64,000 nucleotides of DNA from an uncultured cyanobacterium (GTDB lineage Bacteria > Cyanobacteriota > Cyanobacteriia > PCC-9006 > JAAUQQ01). The stretch lies in NCBI GenBank assembly GCA_963718615.1, contig OY970368.1, positions 1,920,001-1,984,000 of the forward strand, read 5' to 3'. Under the pieces are notes generated by a model. It saw only the letters and a list, made by a program, of their open reading frames with translations. It was not told the origin of the DNA and ran no database searches. The position numbers and the translations under genes were made by a program. Below are positions 9,301 to 18,426 of this stretch, in pieces (the stretch's first letter is position 1; each line of letters begins with the position of its first letter).

Positions 9301-11030
9301 GATTCTACCCTTTGACCTAGCCGTTGAATGACTTCCATAATGGTGTGTCGGTTGATGGGCTTTGCTAAGTAGTCATCCATGCCTGCGGCTAAGGCTGCCC
9401 TTCGATCGGTTTCAAAGGCACTGGCACTCACTCCCACAATTCGAGGTTGGATGAAATTGGATGGGCCTAAATCGGCCTGAATAGGTTGCGAGCGAATCCA
9501 TTGGGTCACTTCCAGTCCATCCATCTCTGGCATTTGAATATCCATCAAAATCAAATCATAGAACCCCTTAGCCAACGCTCGTAAGACCTCTCTACCATTG
9601 TCGACAATCACCGGTTCGTATCCCAGTTGCTCTAGCACACGATCCATAACAATTTGATTCAGCCTATTATCTTCTGCTACTAAAATTCGCAGCGGATAGG
9701 TTTGAGCCCAGGTTTTTGAACAGAAGGGTGAGCCGGATCGCAGCGCTGGAGGTGGAGCGAAGGTCTGAGCATCAGGGCCGGTTGTCGGATTGCCCAGGCT
9801 TGATGGATTGACTAGGCTCGCTGGCAACTGCACCTCAAAGGTCGAGCCCTCACCCAAGATACTGCTAACACGAATTTCTCCACCCATGCAGTCACACAAG
9901 CGACGACAAATGGCAAGACCTAGACCTGTGCCGTCATATCTCCGCTGGCTAAACCGATCGACCTGGCGAAAGGGTTGAAAGATTGAATTGAGTTGTTCGC
10001 TTGGAATTCCAATTCCGGTATCTTGGACTGAAAATTGAAGCTGAATCTTGTCGCCATCGCCCTGTAAAATAGTCTGTACAGAAACTAAGATTGTACCGAT
10101 TTCCGTAAACTTGATTGCATTGCTAATTAGATTTAATAAAATTTGTTGAATTCGTGGTTCATCGACCATGACTAAGTCAGGGATATCGGTTTCCCAATCA
10201 ATTGTCAAGCCTAGATTTTTATCGAGCGCGCGCGGGGCGAGGATATTGGCGATCGCTTCCACACAATCTTTTAAATTACAGGGCTTTAAATTAAGTTCTA
10301 ACCGACCCGATTCAATATGAGATAAGTCGAGCAAATCACTAATAATCGCCAGCAATAGTTCTCCGCCATCACGAATGGTCTCTGCCCACTGTCGCTGGGT
10401 TTGGCTCAGGTCACTGTTCAGCAATAAACTATTCATCCCCAGAACGGCATTCAGAGGAGTTCGCAGTTCATGGCTCATCATTGCAAGAAATTCACTCTTA
10501 CTTCGGGCCGAAGCTTCAGCTGCTTCTTTGGCACGATAGAGTGCCATTTCTGTTTCTTTGCGTTCGGTAATATCATGGGTAATGCCATGCCAAGCAATGA
10601 GACCATCCCGCCAGGGAGTAGGTTGTGAGCCCACTTGCAGCCATTTGACTTGTCCAGAAGGTGTAATAATCCGCCATTCGTGGCGAAAGGGTTTGAGCTC
10701 TCCTCGTTCGAGATAGGCCACACAATCCGCTACTGCCATTTCGTAAGCCGCTCGATCCTCCGGATGAATGGCTTTATCCAACACTAGGGAGGCGTCAGCT
10801 AAGATTTGTTCTAGCGGAATTTCATAAATCTCCTCTGCGGTCTGACTCAAATATTCAAACCAAACCCGGCCATCTAGGCCATGAATCACCGTATGTAATG
10901 CCGCAGGAACTTGCTGTCCAAAGGTTTGTAGCCATTGCTTCTGCCGAATGATCTCAGCTTCTAGCGCTTCGCATGCTTGACAAGATTGGGAAGAAGAGGC
11001 TGTCAATGATTCTGATGGCTGATCATACAT
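9297..11030 (-). CDS. Hybrid sensor histidine kinase (PAS-HisKA-HATPase-REC)
   Basis: H-box MSHELRTPLN, N-box NLISNAIKFT, G boxes DTGIG and GTGLGL, receiver ILVAEDN...LMDIQMPEMDG...KP. Confidence 0.93.
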   Translation of the reverse strand: MYDQPSESLTASSSQSCQACEALEAEIIRQKQWLQTFGQQVPAALHTVIHGLDGRVWFEYLSQTAEEIYEIPLEQILADASLVLDKAIHPEDRAAYEMAVADCVAYLERGELKPFRHEWRIITPSGQVKWLQVGSQPTPWRDGLIAWHGITHDITERKETEMALYRAKEAAEASARSKSEFLAMMSHELRTPLNAVLGMNSLLLNSDLSQTQRQWAETIRDGGELLLAIISDLLDLSHIESGRLELNLKPCNLKDCVEAIANILAPRALDKNLGLTIDWETDIPDLVMVDEPRIQQILLNLISNAIKFTEIGTILVSVQTILQGDGDKIQLQFSVQDTGIGIPSEQLNSIFQPFRQVDRFSQRRYDGTGLGLAICRRLCDCMGGEIRVSSILGEGSTFEVQLPASLVNPSSLGNPTTGPDAQTFAPPPALRSGSPFCSKTWAQTYPLRILVAEDNRLNQIVMDRVLEQLGYEPVIVDNGREVLRALAKGFYDLILMDIQMPEMDGLEVTQWIRSQPIQADLGPSNFIQPRIVGVSASAFETDRRAALAAGMDDYLAKPINRHTIMEVIQRLGQRVES

Positions 11031-11102
11031 GGTATTCGTTAGGGGGTATCAATCAGGGATACATGAGCAAAAGCAAGTCTTCAAACATCGAGCAGTTATT
11101 GA

Positions 11103-12665
11103 TCAGGAACAAATCGGAGGCTCTACCCATACCGGCGCTAACGCAGGTCTAGAGGGTTGCTCTCGTCGACTGGGCGCAAGTGTCATAACGGACATCAGCG
11201 TCAGCTCCATGAGCTCTATATAGGCTTGAATATCCACTTGGCTTGAGAGGAGCATTTCTCGATATTGCTGCTTAATTTGCCCTAATTTTTGCAAGGCAGC
11301 TTCGGGGTCCGTTTGCAGTGTTTCCTGCCAATCATCCAGGAGCAATAGGGTATCAAGTACCAGTTGACGCCGTTGAGTTTCTAAAACCGATCGGCACTGA
11401 TCGCTAAAAGTTTGAGTTTTATGTTGGACCTGGGCGTAGATTTCGTCGGGAACATTGCCTGCAATAAACTGGAGCCGATTGTCTTGGCTGAGTTCTTCAA
11501 TTTCCCGGAGTGCTTCCTGGGGATCTTGTTTGAGGGCTTGGGCGAGTTCGGTAATGCGGGTTAGAGTGCGGTTGATGATGGTTTGCGATCGCCGACGCCG
11601 CCATTGTTGTAGGGCCAAACCAAATATGCTGCTGGCCAGCAGTAAGACAACCCCCGCTTGCAAATCACTGTTGCTATCCCAATAGCGCACCCAGGCTTGA
11701 CGCGGATCCCCCGTTTCATAGACTTGCATCGCCGCCGGATGGGTATAGAAGAGTCCTTGCCGGAGCAGAATCTCCGGTGAGCCGGTTTGCAGTTCTGGAT
11801 AGAAACTCGCATAGCGACGTGCGGTGGCGAGTATTGACCAAGTCAATAAACGAATCGTTTTGGGCTTAACGTCCGGTCGAGTCACCAAAACCGTTGGTGT
11901 CGCTAGGGTGGTGATGGGCTGACTGGGAATGGGGGGATTGACTCGATAAATGCCGATGGGAATGGTTGAGGCTTGGTACGTACCGGGTTGCTGAATCGTC
12001 AAAAAATTGATCAAACTAGGCGGCAGCGACAGCAAATCCAGATTGGCTGTATCCGCAAACCCCTGGCGAAGCTGGGCACTTGCCCCGAGTCGTCCGACGT
12101 AAAAGACCGCATCGAGCTGTTGCTGAGCCAATTGCTGAATGGCTTGCTCAAGACCTGCATCGCTGGCTCGAACCGGCAACTGCGCAGCCTTAAGAATTTG
12201 CTCAGCGGTAAATCGAATGCCGCTACCCGGTGTCCCAATGGCGATCGCCTTCCCCCCCAACTGTTCCAAACTTTGAGTCTGGCCTCGACGCACTAACAAA
12301 TGGCAATGCTCTTGGGCCAGAACGGCGATCGCCTGCACGTCTCCCGCTTCCATGGCCTTGGCCGCGACATCGAGCTGAACCAGGGCAAAGTCGGCCTGAC
12401 GGTTGCGCAACCGCTCCAGGTTATCCAAGGAGCCTTTCGAGGGTTCCACCGTCAGGTCTAGCTTGACCACACTACTTGCAGAGTCTTCGAGCTGCTGACC
12501 CAAGCGGTAGTAATAACCGGTTTCGGAGCCTGTGGACAGCCGCAGCCTTGGAGCCGCTGCATTGCAACTGGAAAGTCCGACGCCTAAGAGCAGGCAGATG
12601 ATGGACACTGCACGAGAAGAGAGCCAAGAACGGGGCCGACGGGGAACGGGCAGGATAGAGACCAT
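11103..12665 (-). CDS. TAXI-family solute-binding protein with C-terminal TM and helical extension
   Basis: TGSETGYYY, SKGSLDNL, DFALVQLD and IGTPGSG motifs; lipoprotein-like LSSC; TM near residue 340 followed by an alpha-helical tail. Confidence 0.75.
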   Translation of the reverse strand: MVSILPVPRRPRSWLSSRAVSIICLLLGVGLSSCNAAAPRLRLSTGSETGYYYRLGQQLEDSASSVVKLDLTVEPSKGSLDNLERLRNRQADFALVQLDVAAKAMEAGDVQAIAVLAQEHCHLLVRRGQTQSLEQLGGKAIAIGTPGSGIRFTAEQILKAAQLPVRASDAGLEQAIQQLAQQQLDAVFYVGRLGASAQLRQGFADTANLDLLSLPPSLINFLTIQQPGTYQASTIPIGIYRVNPPIPSQPITTLATPTVLVTRPDVKPKTIRLLTWSILATARRYASFYPELQTGSPEILLRQGLFYTHPAAMQVYETGDPRQAWVRYWDSNSDLQAGVVLLLASSIFGLALQQWRRRRSQTIINRTLTRITELAQALKQDPQEALREIEELSQDNRLQFIAGNVPDEIYAQVQHKTQTFSDQCRSVLETQRRQLVLDTLLLLDDWQETLQTDPEAALQKLGQIKQQYREMLLSSQVDIQAYIELMELTLMSVMTLAPSRREQPSRPALAPVWVEPPICS

Positions 12666-12790
12666 GAGCTCACATTAGATCAAGAGATCAAGGGGGCGAT
12701 CGTCCCATCAATATATCAGCCCAGCCTGTTTGTTCTAGGGTGATGGAGTGATGCAGTCGATTCAACCTCGGGCTGATGGGACGTTTAGGT

Positions 12791-14170
12791 TTACTGAAAT
12801 ACCTGCATCCCCCGAATCGAGTAGTCGAGTAGCTGCATCGGATGCAGCACAGGTAACTGCCGTCCCTGCTTAGCCAGATGCTGAGAAATTTGTACAAAAC
12901 AACCGATATTTGCAGATGCAATGACCGTTGCTCCTGTATTTAACAAATTCCTCACCTTTTGCTCACCCAACTCCGCTGCAATGTCCGGCTGCAAAATGTT
13001 ATAAATTCCCGCACTGCCACAGCAAAGTGCTGCATCTATAGGTTCGCGTAATTGTACCCCTGGAATTTGGCGCAGCAACTGTCGAGGCTGTAGGCTAATG
13101 CGTTGACCATGGAGCATGTGGCAGGCATCTTGATAGACCAGGGTTAGCGGTTCTGATTGCAAGGGCGACAGGGGTGCCGTTAAACCCACTTCCGCTAAAA
13201 ACTCTTGAACATCCTTGACCTTGGCGGCAAAGGCTTTGGCTCGTTCGGCGTAGATCGGATCATCCGCCAAAATATGACCATACTCCTTCAGCGTATGACC
13301 GCAGCCGGAGGCATTGATCAAAATCGCATCCAGATCGGGATCAAAGGCATCAATGAGCTGTCGGGCCAATGTCTGGGTTTGTTCGACCTGCCCTTGGTGA
13401 TGGGTCAAGGCACCGCAGCAGCCTTGAGTTGAGGGAACAACAATTTCACAGCCATTGGCAGAGAGGACCCGCGCCGTCGCTTCATTCACCGCTGGATTAA
13501 ACAGTCGCTGCACACAGCCCAACAGCATGCCGACGCGGTATCGCCGTTCACCCTGGGCTGGAATGACGGGAGGCAAGGAATCCGTAAAGGCTGCCGGAGG
13601 AAGCTCTGGCAACATGGCTTCCATGGCCGCGAGTTGGGGAGAGATTTTGTCGAAGATTTGGAGCGATCGCAACCCCCGCTGCAATCCCGTTTTCTGGTAC
13701 AGCCTCACCGGACGCAATAGCAACCGTAAGCGATTGGGATAGGGAAAAAGGCTAAAAATGAGCTTGCGTAACAGCCTTTCGGGGAGACTCCGGGATGAGT
13801 GGCGATCGACCTGAGCCCTTGTCGATTCAATCAACTGGTCGTAGCGGACGCCAGAGGGGCAGGTGGTCACACAGGCAAGACAGCCTAGACAAGTATCAAA
13901 ATGTCCGCTGGTGGTGTCGTTGAGCGGAATTTCCCCTTGGTTAATACTATCCATCAAATAAATCCGACCTCGGGGGGAATCCATCTCGGTACCCAAGACG
14001 CGATAGCTGGGACAGGTCGCTAGGCAAAAACCGCAGTGCACACAGGCATCGATCAGCTTTGGATCAGGGGGCGATTGTTCATCAAAACCAGAGGCTAAAC
14101 CGACGGTTGGGTCAGGAATCGCGAACTGGTTCCGCAGGGTTGCACGGTTGGACGAGTCGGTAGTTTGCAT
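12791..14170 (-). CDS. glcF: Glycolate oxidase iron-sulfur subunit
   Basis: CVHCGFCLATCP and CLGCLACVTTCP ferredoxin motifs plus two CCG domains. Confidence 0.88.
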   Translation of the reverse strand: MQTTDSSNRATLRNQFAIPDPTVGLASGFDEQSPPDPKLIDACVHCGFCLATCPSYRVLGTEMDSPRGRIYLMDSINQGEIPLNDTTSGHFDTCLGCLACVTTCPSGVRYDQLIESTRAQVDRHSSRSLPERLLRKLIFSLFPYPNRLRLLLRPVRLYQKTGLQRGLRSLQIFDKISPQLAAMEAMLPELPPAAFTDSLPPVIPAQGERRYRVGMLLGCVQRLFNPAVNEATARVLSANGCEIVVPSTQGCCGALTHHQGQVEQTQTLARQLIDAFDPDLDAILINASGCGHTLKEYGHILADDPIYAERAKAFAAKVKDVQEFLAEVGLTAPLSPLQSEPLTLVYQDACHMLHGQRISLQPRQLLRQIPGVQLREPIDAALCCGSAGIYNILQPDIAAELGEQKVRNLLNTGATVIASANIGCFVQISQHLAKQGRQLPVLHPMQLLDYSIRGMQVFQ

Positions 14171-14272
14171 CGCGATATTGGACCAAGGGGTGGAGAAAGG
14201 TTGTGGATTTAATCCCTAGGATAAGGCGATTGGGGTCTTTGGGGGTGGGGATGGGGATGAAGAAGGGAGAGT

Positions 14273-14299
14273 TGGGAATAGGGAATTGGGAATAGGAAA
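14273..14299. repeat. STRR-like heptamer repeats (GGGAATA/GGGAATT)
   Basis: tgggaatagggaattgggaataggaaa in the mtgA-glcF intergenic region. Confidence 0.5.
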
Positions 14300-14311
14300 T
14301 CGGCAAGGAGA

Positions 14312-15013
14312 TTAGGGTTTCTGGCGGTCGAGGGTGTTGAGGTAGTCGATGCCGCCGAGTTGGGCCATTTGCGCCAGGATCCAGGCTTGGCGATCGAGAA
14401 CTTCCCAGGAGGGATCCAGAACGCTGTAGAGTTCGGGGCCGGGCAGGACGGCGGCGAGGAGGGCCGCTTCGTCGGGGGTGAGGTCGCGGGGGCGAAGGTC
14501 AAAGAAGTCGCGGCTGGCGGCTCCAACGCCGAAGGTGCGATCGCCAAACTGTGCCACATTCAGATAAACGGTGAGAATCCGCTCTTTACTCCAGAACAAC
14601 TCAATCAAGATCGTAAACCAAGCCTCCAGCACTTTACGAAAAGCACTGCGACCGGACCAAAGAAAGAGATTTCTGGCAACCTGTTGGCTGATGGTGCTGG
14701 CCCCGCGCAGGCTGGAGCCTTGGTTGTAGTCTTTGAGGGCGGCTTCGATGGCCTCTAGGTCAAAGCCGTTATGGTCGGGAAAGCGTTGGTCTTCGGCGGC
14801 GATCGCCGCTAGCCCTATGACCGGATTCATGTTTTTGTAAGCGGTCCAGCGATAGTGATAGGGTCGCCCATGGCTGAGGGCGTTTTGGACCATGAAGCTG
14901 GTGGTAGGCAAGGGCAAAAAGCCCCAGGGAATGACGAGGAAAATCGACATCCAGAAGATGCTGAAAAGCGTTAAAAGCAAGCGACGCAGCAGGCGCTGGA
15001 AGGGGCGTTTCAC
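14312..15013 (-). CDS. mtgA: Monofunctional biosynthetic peptidoglycan transglycosylase
   Basis: GT51 motifs AAEDQRF, GASTISQQVARNLFL, RKVLE, YLNVAQFG. Confidence 0.9.
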   Translation of the reverse strand: MKRPFQRLLRRLLLTLFSIFWMSIFLVIPWGFLPLPTTSFMVQNALSHGRPYHYRWTAYKNMNPVIGLAAIAAEDQRFPDHNGFDLEAIEAALKDYNQGSSLRGASTISQQVARNLFLWSGRSAFRKVLEAWFTILIELFWSKERILTVYLNVAQFGDRTFGVGAASRDFFDLRPRDLTPDEAALLAAVLPGPELYSVLDPSWEVLDRQAWILAQMAQLGGIDYLNTLDRQKP

Positions 15014-15048
15014 AGGCGCTCCAAAACTTTAATCAACAAACCAACAAA

Positions 15049-16128
15049 TCAACAAATTCGCGGTAACTGCCCCCCATTGCGATAGTCAATCAGACGATTT
15101 CCCCCAATGCCAGTGTATTGGTTAACCTGTCCCAGGCGTAAAGGAGTCTCCACCCCACCTTGCTCGACCCATCCAATCTTCGCTGCCTCTGGTTCAATCC
15201 CCATGGACCTGGCTTCTTCCTGGAGCAAGTGCAGCGCTGCATCCCCCTGAGCCGCTGGTACGAACGCAATAAATCGGCCTTCATTGGCCAGATACAGGGG
15301 GTCTAGTCCCAAGATTTCACAGGCTCCCTGGACTGCTGCTGAGGTTGGAATTTGTTCTTCTAATTGTAGGGTGAGTTGTCTGCTGAGGGCAATTTCATTT
15401 AACGCGGTTGCTAACCCGCCCCGCGTCAAATCCCGGAGACAATGGATCTCAATTCTCCCCTCGATCAAAGCCTGTACCTGGCTAGAAACCGGAGCTAGAT
15501 CACTGGTCAACGTCGTTTCAAATTCTAAGCTTTCGCGCTGGGCCATAATCGCGATTTCGTGGCGACCAATGTCGCCACTGAGTAGAATCACGTCGCCGGG
15601 CTGGATCGATTGGGGGGTAATCATCCAGGGATGGTCAACCAGGCCAATGCCAGCCGTATTGATATACAACCCATCTCCTTTACCTCGCTCGACAACCTTG
15701 GTGTCGCCGGTGACGATTTGGATTTGGGCGCGATCGCTCGCGGCCTTAATCGACTGCACCACTTGCCACAGTGTTGCCAAGGCCAAGCCCTCTTCTAAAA
15801 TGAAGCTCAAGCTTAGATACAGGGGTTTAGCACCCGCCATGGCCAAATCATTGACCGTCCCATAGACAGCTAGGGAACCAATATCCCCCCCTGGGAAAAA
15901 GAGAGGTGAAACAACATAGGAATCCGTGGTAAAAGCAATTTTTCCATGGGCCAATTCTAGCCGTGCTGCATCATGTTGCCAATCCCTTTGGGAGCCAAAC
16001 GTTGCCAAAAACATTTGGTCAATTAACTGTTTCATCATCCGTCCACCTCCCCCGTGGGCCATCAACACATGGGGATATTGTTGCAACGGAATCGGACAGG
16101 TTAGGTCAAAATCAACCGGTGAAGACAT
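15049..16128 (-). CDS. hypE: Hydrogenase maturation protein HypE
   Basis: HGGGG, FTTDSYVV, GTVNDLAM, RDLTRGG, C-terminal PRIC. Confidence 0.96.
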   Translation of the reverse strand: MSSPVDFDLTCPIPLQQYPHVLMAHGGGGRMMKQLIDQMFLATFGSQRDWQHDAARLELAHGKIAFTTDSYVVSPLFFPGGDIGSLAVYGTVNDLAMAGAKPLYLSLSFILEEGLALATLWQVVQSIKAASDRAQIQIVTGDTKVVERGKGDGLYINTAGIGLVDHPWMITPQSIQPGDVILLSGDIGRHEIAIMAQRESLEFETTLTSDLAPVSSQVQALIEGRIEIHCLRDLTRGGLATALNEIALSRQLTLQLEEQIPTSAAVQGACEILGLDPLYLANEGRFIAFVPAAQGDAALHLLQEEARSMGIEPEAAKIGWVEQGGVETPLRLGQVNQYTGIGGNRLIDYRNGGQLPRIC

Positions 16129-16145
16129 CGATTAAGTATCCAAGA

Positions 16146-17354
16146 TTAAGTATCCAAAACAAAATCCGTAGGGGCTGCTGTTGACGGCAAATTGAGCTTT
16201 AGATTGGGTTGACGATAACGATAGTAGGCCGCGCAGGCTCCTTCCGATGAAACCATCGGGGCACCTAGGGGTTGATCCGGCGTACAGCGGCTGCCAAAGG
16301 CTGGACAGGTGTGGGGTTTGCGAATGCCCTGCAAAATCTGGCCACTGATGCAGTCGGAACGTTCAGTACGTTCAGCCTTTGCAAAATGTTCAGCGTTGGC
16401 CGGGATCGGGCTTAAAGGCTTACCTTGCTGCAAGAATTGCAGCAATCCTGCTTTTTGATGCACATCATAGGCCGCAAATTTTCCCCGCAGTCCCAAACCA
16501 CTGGCCGGAATTTCACCCATGCCTCGCCAAATTTGCGGCACTACTTCAAACACCTGTTGCATGAGTTGCTGAGCCGACTCATTGCCTTGCGGTCGTACCG
16601 ATCGCCCATACTGATTTTCCACCTTTGCCTCACCCGCTTCCAGTTGCCGCAGACAATGGTAAATGCCCTGTAAAATATCCACGGGCTCAAACCCCGTCAC
16701 CACAATCGGAACCTGGTAGCGCTGGGCGATCGCCCCATATTCCCCATAGCCCATCACCGTACAGACATGCCCCGCTGCCAAAAAGCCCTGGACTTGACAT
16801 TCGGAAGCTGACAAAATCGCCTCCATCGCCGGAGGTACCCGTACATGGGAAACCAAAAACGAAACATTGGTCAGTTGCAACTGTGCGGCTTGGTACACCG
16901 TCATGGCCGTAGCCGGTGCGGTTGTTTCAAAGCCAACTGCGAAGAAGATAACCTCTTTCCCAGGATTTGCCTGAGCAATTTTGAGGACATCCAGCGGTGA
17001 ATAGAGCACTCGTACATCGCCTCCAAGTGCTTTGACGCTGAGCAGATCCCCTTGGCCAGGGCTACCGGGGACCCGCAGCATATCGCCGTAGGAGCAAAGG
17101 ATAACGTTGGGCTGTTGGGCGAGGGCGATCGCTTGATCGATTGTTTCCGCAGCGGTGACACAAACCGGACAACCAGGGCCGTGAATCAGGGTGATTTCAG
17201 TCGGTAACAACTGGTCGATACCGTATTTGATAATGCTGTGGGTTTGGCCTCCACAAATTTCCATCAGCGTCCAAGGGCGAGTGGGGAGTTGGGCGATCGC
17301 TTCAACCCGTTGCTTTACCCTTGCACCGTTGCGATATTCATCCACATATTTCAT
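16146..17354 (-). CDS. hypD: Hydrogenase maturation protein HypD
   Basis: [30 protein letters not shown]. Confidence 0.97.
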   Translation of the reverse strand: MKYVDEYRNGARVKQRVEAIAQLPTRPWTLMEICGGQTHSIIKYGIDQLLPTEITLIHGPGCPVCVTAAETIDQAIALAQQPNVILCSYGDMLRVPGSPGQGDLLSVKALGGDVRVLYSPLDVLKIAQANPGKEVIFFAVGFETTAPATAMTVYQAAQLQLTNVSFLVSHVRVPPAMEAILSASECQVQGFLAAGHVCTVMGYGEYGAIAQRYQVPIVVTGFEPVDILQGIYHCLRQLEAGEAKVENQYGRSVRPQGNESAQQLMQQVFEVVPQIWRGMGEIPASGLGLRGKFAAYDVHQKAGLLQFLQQGKPLSPIPANAEHFAKAERTERSDCISGQILQGIRKPHTCPAFGSRCTPDQPLGAPMVSSEGACAAYYRYRQPNLKLNLPSTAAPTDFVLDT

Positions 17355-18400
17355 TCCAGCCCTCCCGCCACTGACTCCAATCGATTACCCTCTCTCACCG
17401 TCCAGCTTGGATGATAGCTTTGCAGCGTTTTCATATATTGCACCCGCTCAAACTGACTAGGGTTGGGACAATTTCGCTGGCTCATGGTGCCCCGCAGTTG
17501 TGTCACGGACTCATATTCATGCTCCGTCAACCAATCTATCAGCTCCGTCTCAATACTCCGTAGATGACCGATGTTATGGCGAAGTAAAACACTCACGATT
17601 TGAACCGCACTGGCTCCTGCCATCATCAGCCGCACGACGTCTTGAGCATTATGAATCCCGCTGGTGGCGGCAAGGTCTGCTGCAATTTGACCATAGAGAA
17701 TGCCAATCCAATGCATTGGCAACCGTAGATCCTGGGGGGTGCTTAATAGCAGGCTGGGGCGAACGTCAAGTGTCTCAATGTCAATGTCGGGTTGATAAAA
17801 GCGGTTAAAAAGCACTAGCCCATTAGCTCCGGCTTCAGTCAATCGCTTAGCCATGTTGGCAGTGCTACTAAAAAAGGGACTGATTTTAACCGCTAACGGC
17901 AGTGTAACTTGGGCTTTAACCCGCCGGACGACTTCGAGATACTGTTCTTCTACCTCTGCCCCCGAACAATTCAGATCGGTGGGAATCCAGTAGAGATTAA
18001 GCTCAAGAGCATCGGCTCCTGCCGCTTGAATTTGATGGGCATAGCTGACCCATCCCCCAAGGGAAGAGCCATTGAGACTGGCAATCACCGGGATTTCTAA
18101 ACTGGCCTTAGCTTGGCGAATATGTTCAAGATAGAGCTCAGCATCAACATGAAAGTAATCAGGTTCAGGGAAATAGGTCAGGGCTTCAGCAAAGCTGTGG
18201 GTGCCATATTCTAAATGGTGATGGAGTTCCAGGGCATCCTGGTGAATTTGTTCCTCAAAAACCGAATGGAGAACAATCGCAGCGGCTCCTGCATCTTCTA
18301 GCGCTTTGAGGGTGTCGAGGTCTTCGCTTAGGGGGGCGGCGGCTCCGATGATGAGGGGCGATCGCAAATTTAAGCCGAGGTAGGTGGTGGTGATATCCAT
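17351..18400 (-). CDS. Dihydroorotate dehydrogenase-like flavoprotein
   Basis: [37 protein letters not shown]; the family typically found next to nifJ. Confidence 0.85.
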   Translation of the reverse strand: MDITTTYLGLNLRSPLIIGAAAPLSEDLDTLKALEDAGAAAIVLHSVFEEQIHQDALELHHHLEYGTHSFAEALTYFPEPDYFHVDAELYLEHIRQAKASLEIPVIASLNGSSLGGWVSYAHQIQAAGADALELNLYWIPTDLNCSGAEVEEQYLEVVRRVKAQVTLPLAVKISPFFSSTANMAKRLTEAGANGLVLFNRFYQPDIDIETLDVRPSLLLSTPQDLRLPMHWIGILYGQIAADLAATSGIHNAQDVVRLMMAGASAVQIVSVLLRHNIGHLRSIETELIDWLTEHEYESVTQLRGTMSQRNCPNPSQFERVQYMKTLQSYHPSWTVREGNRLESVAGGLE

Positions 18401-18426
18401 ACAAATGCTCTGGGATTAAGGATCGA

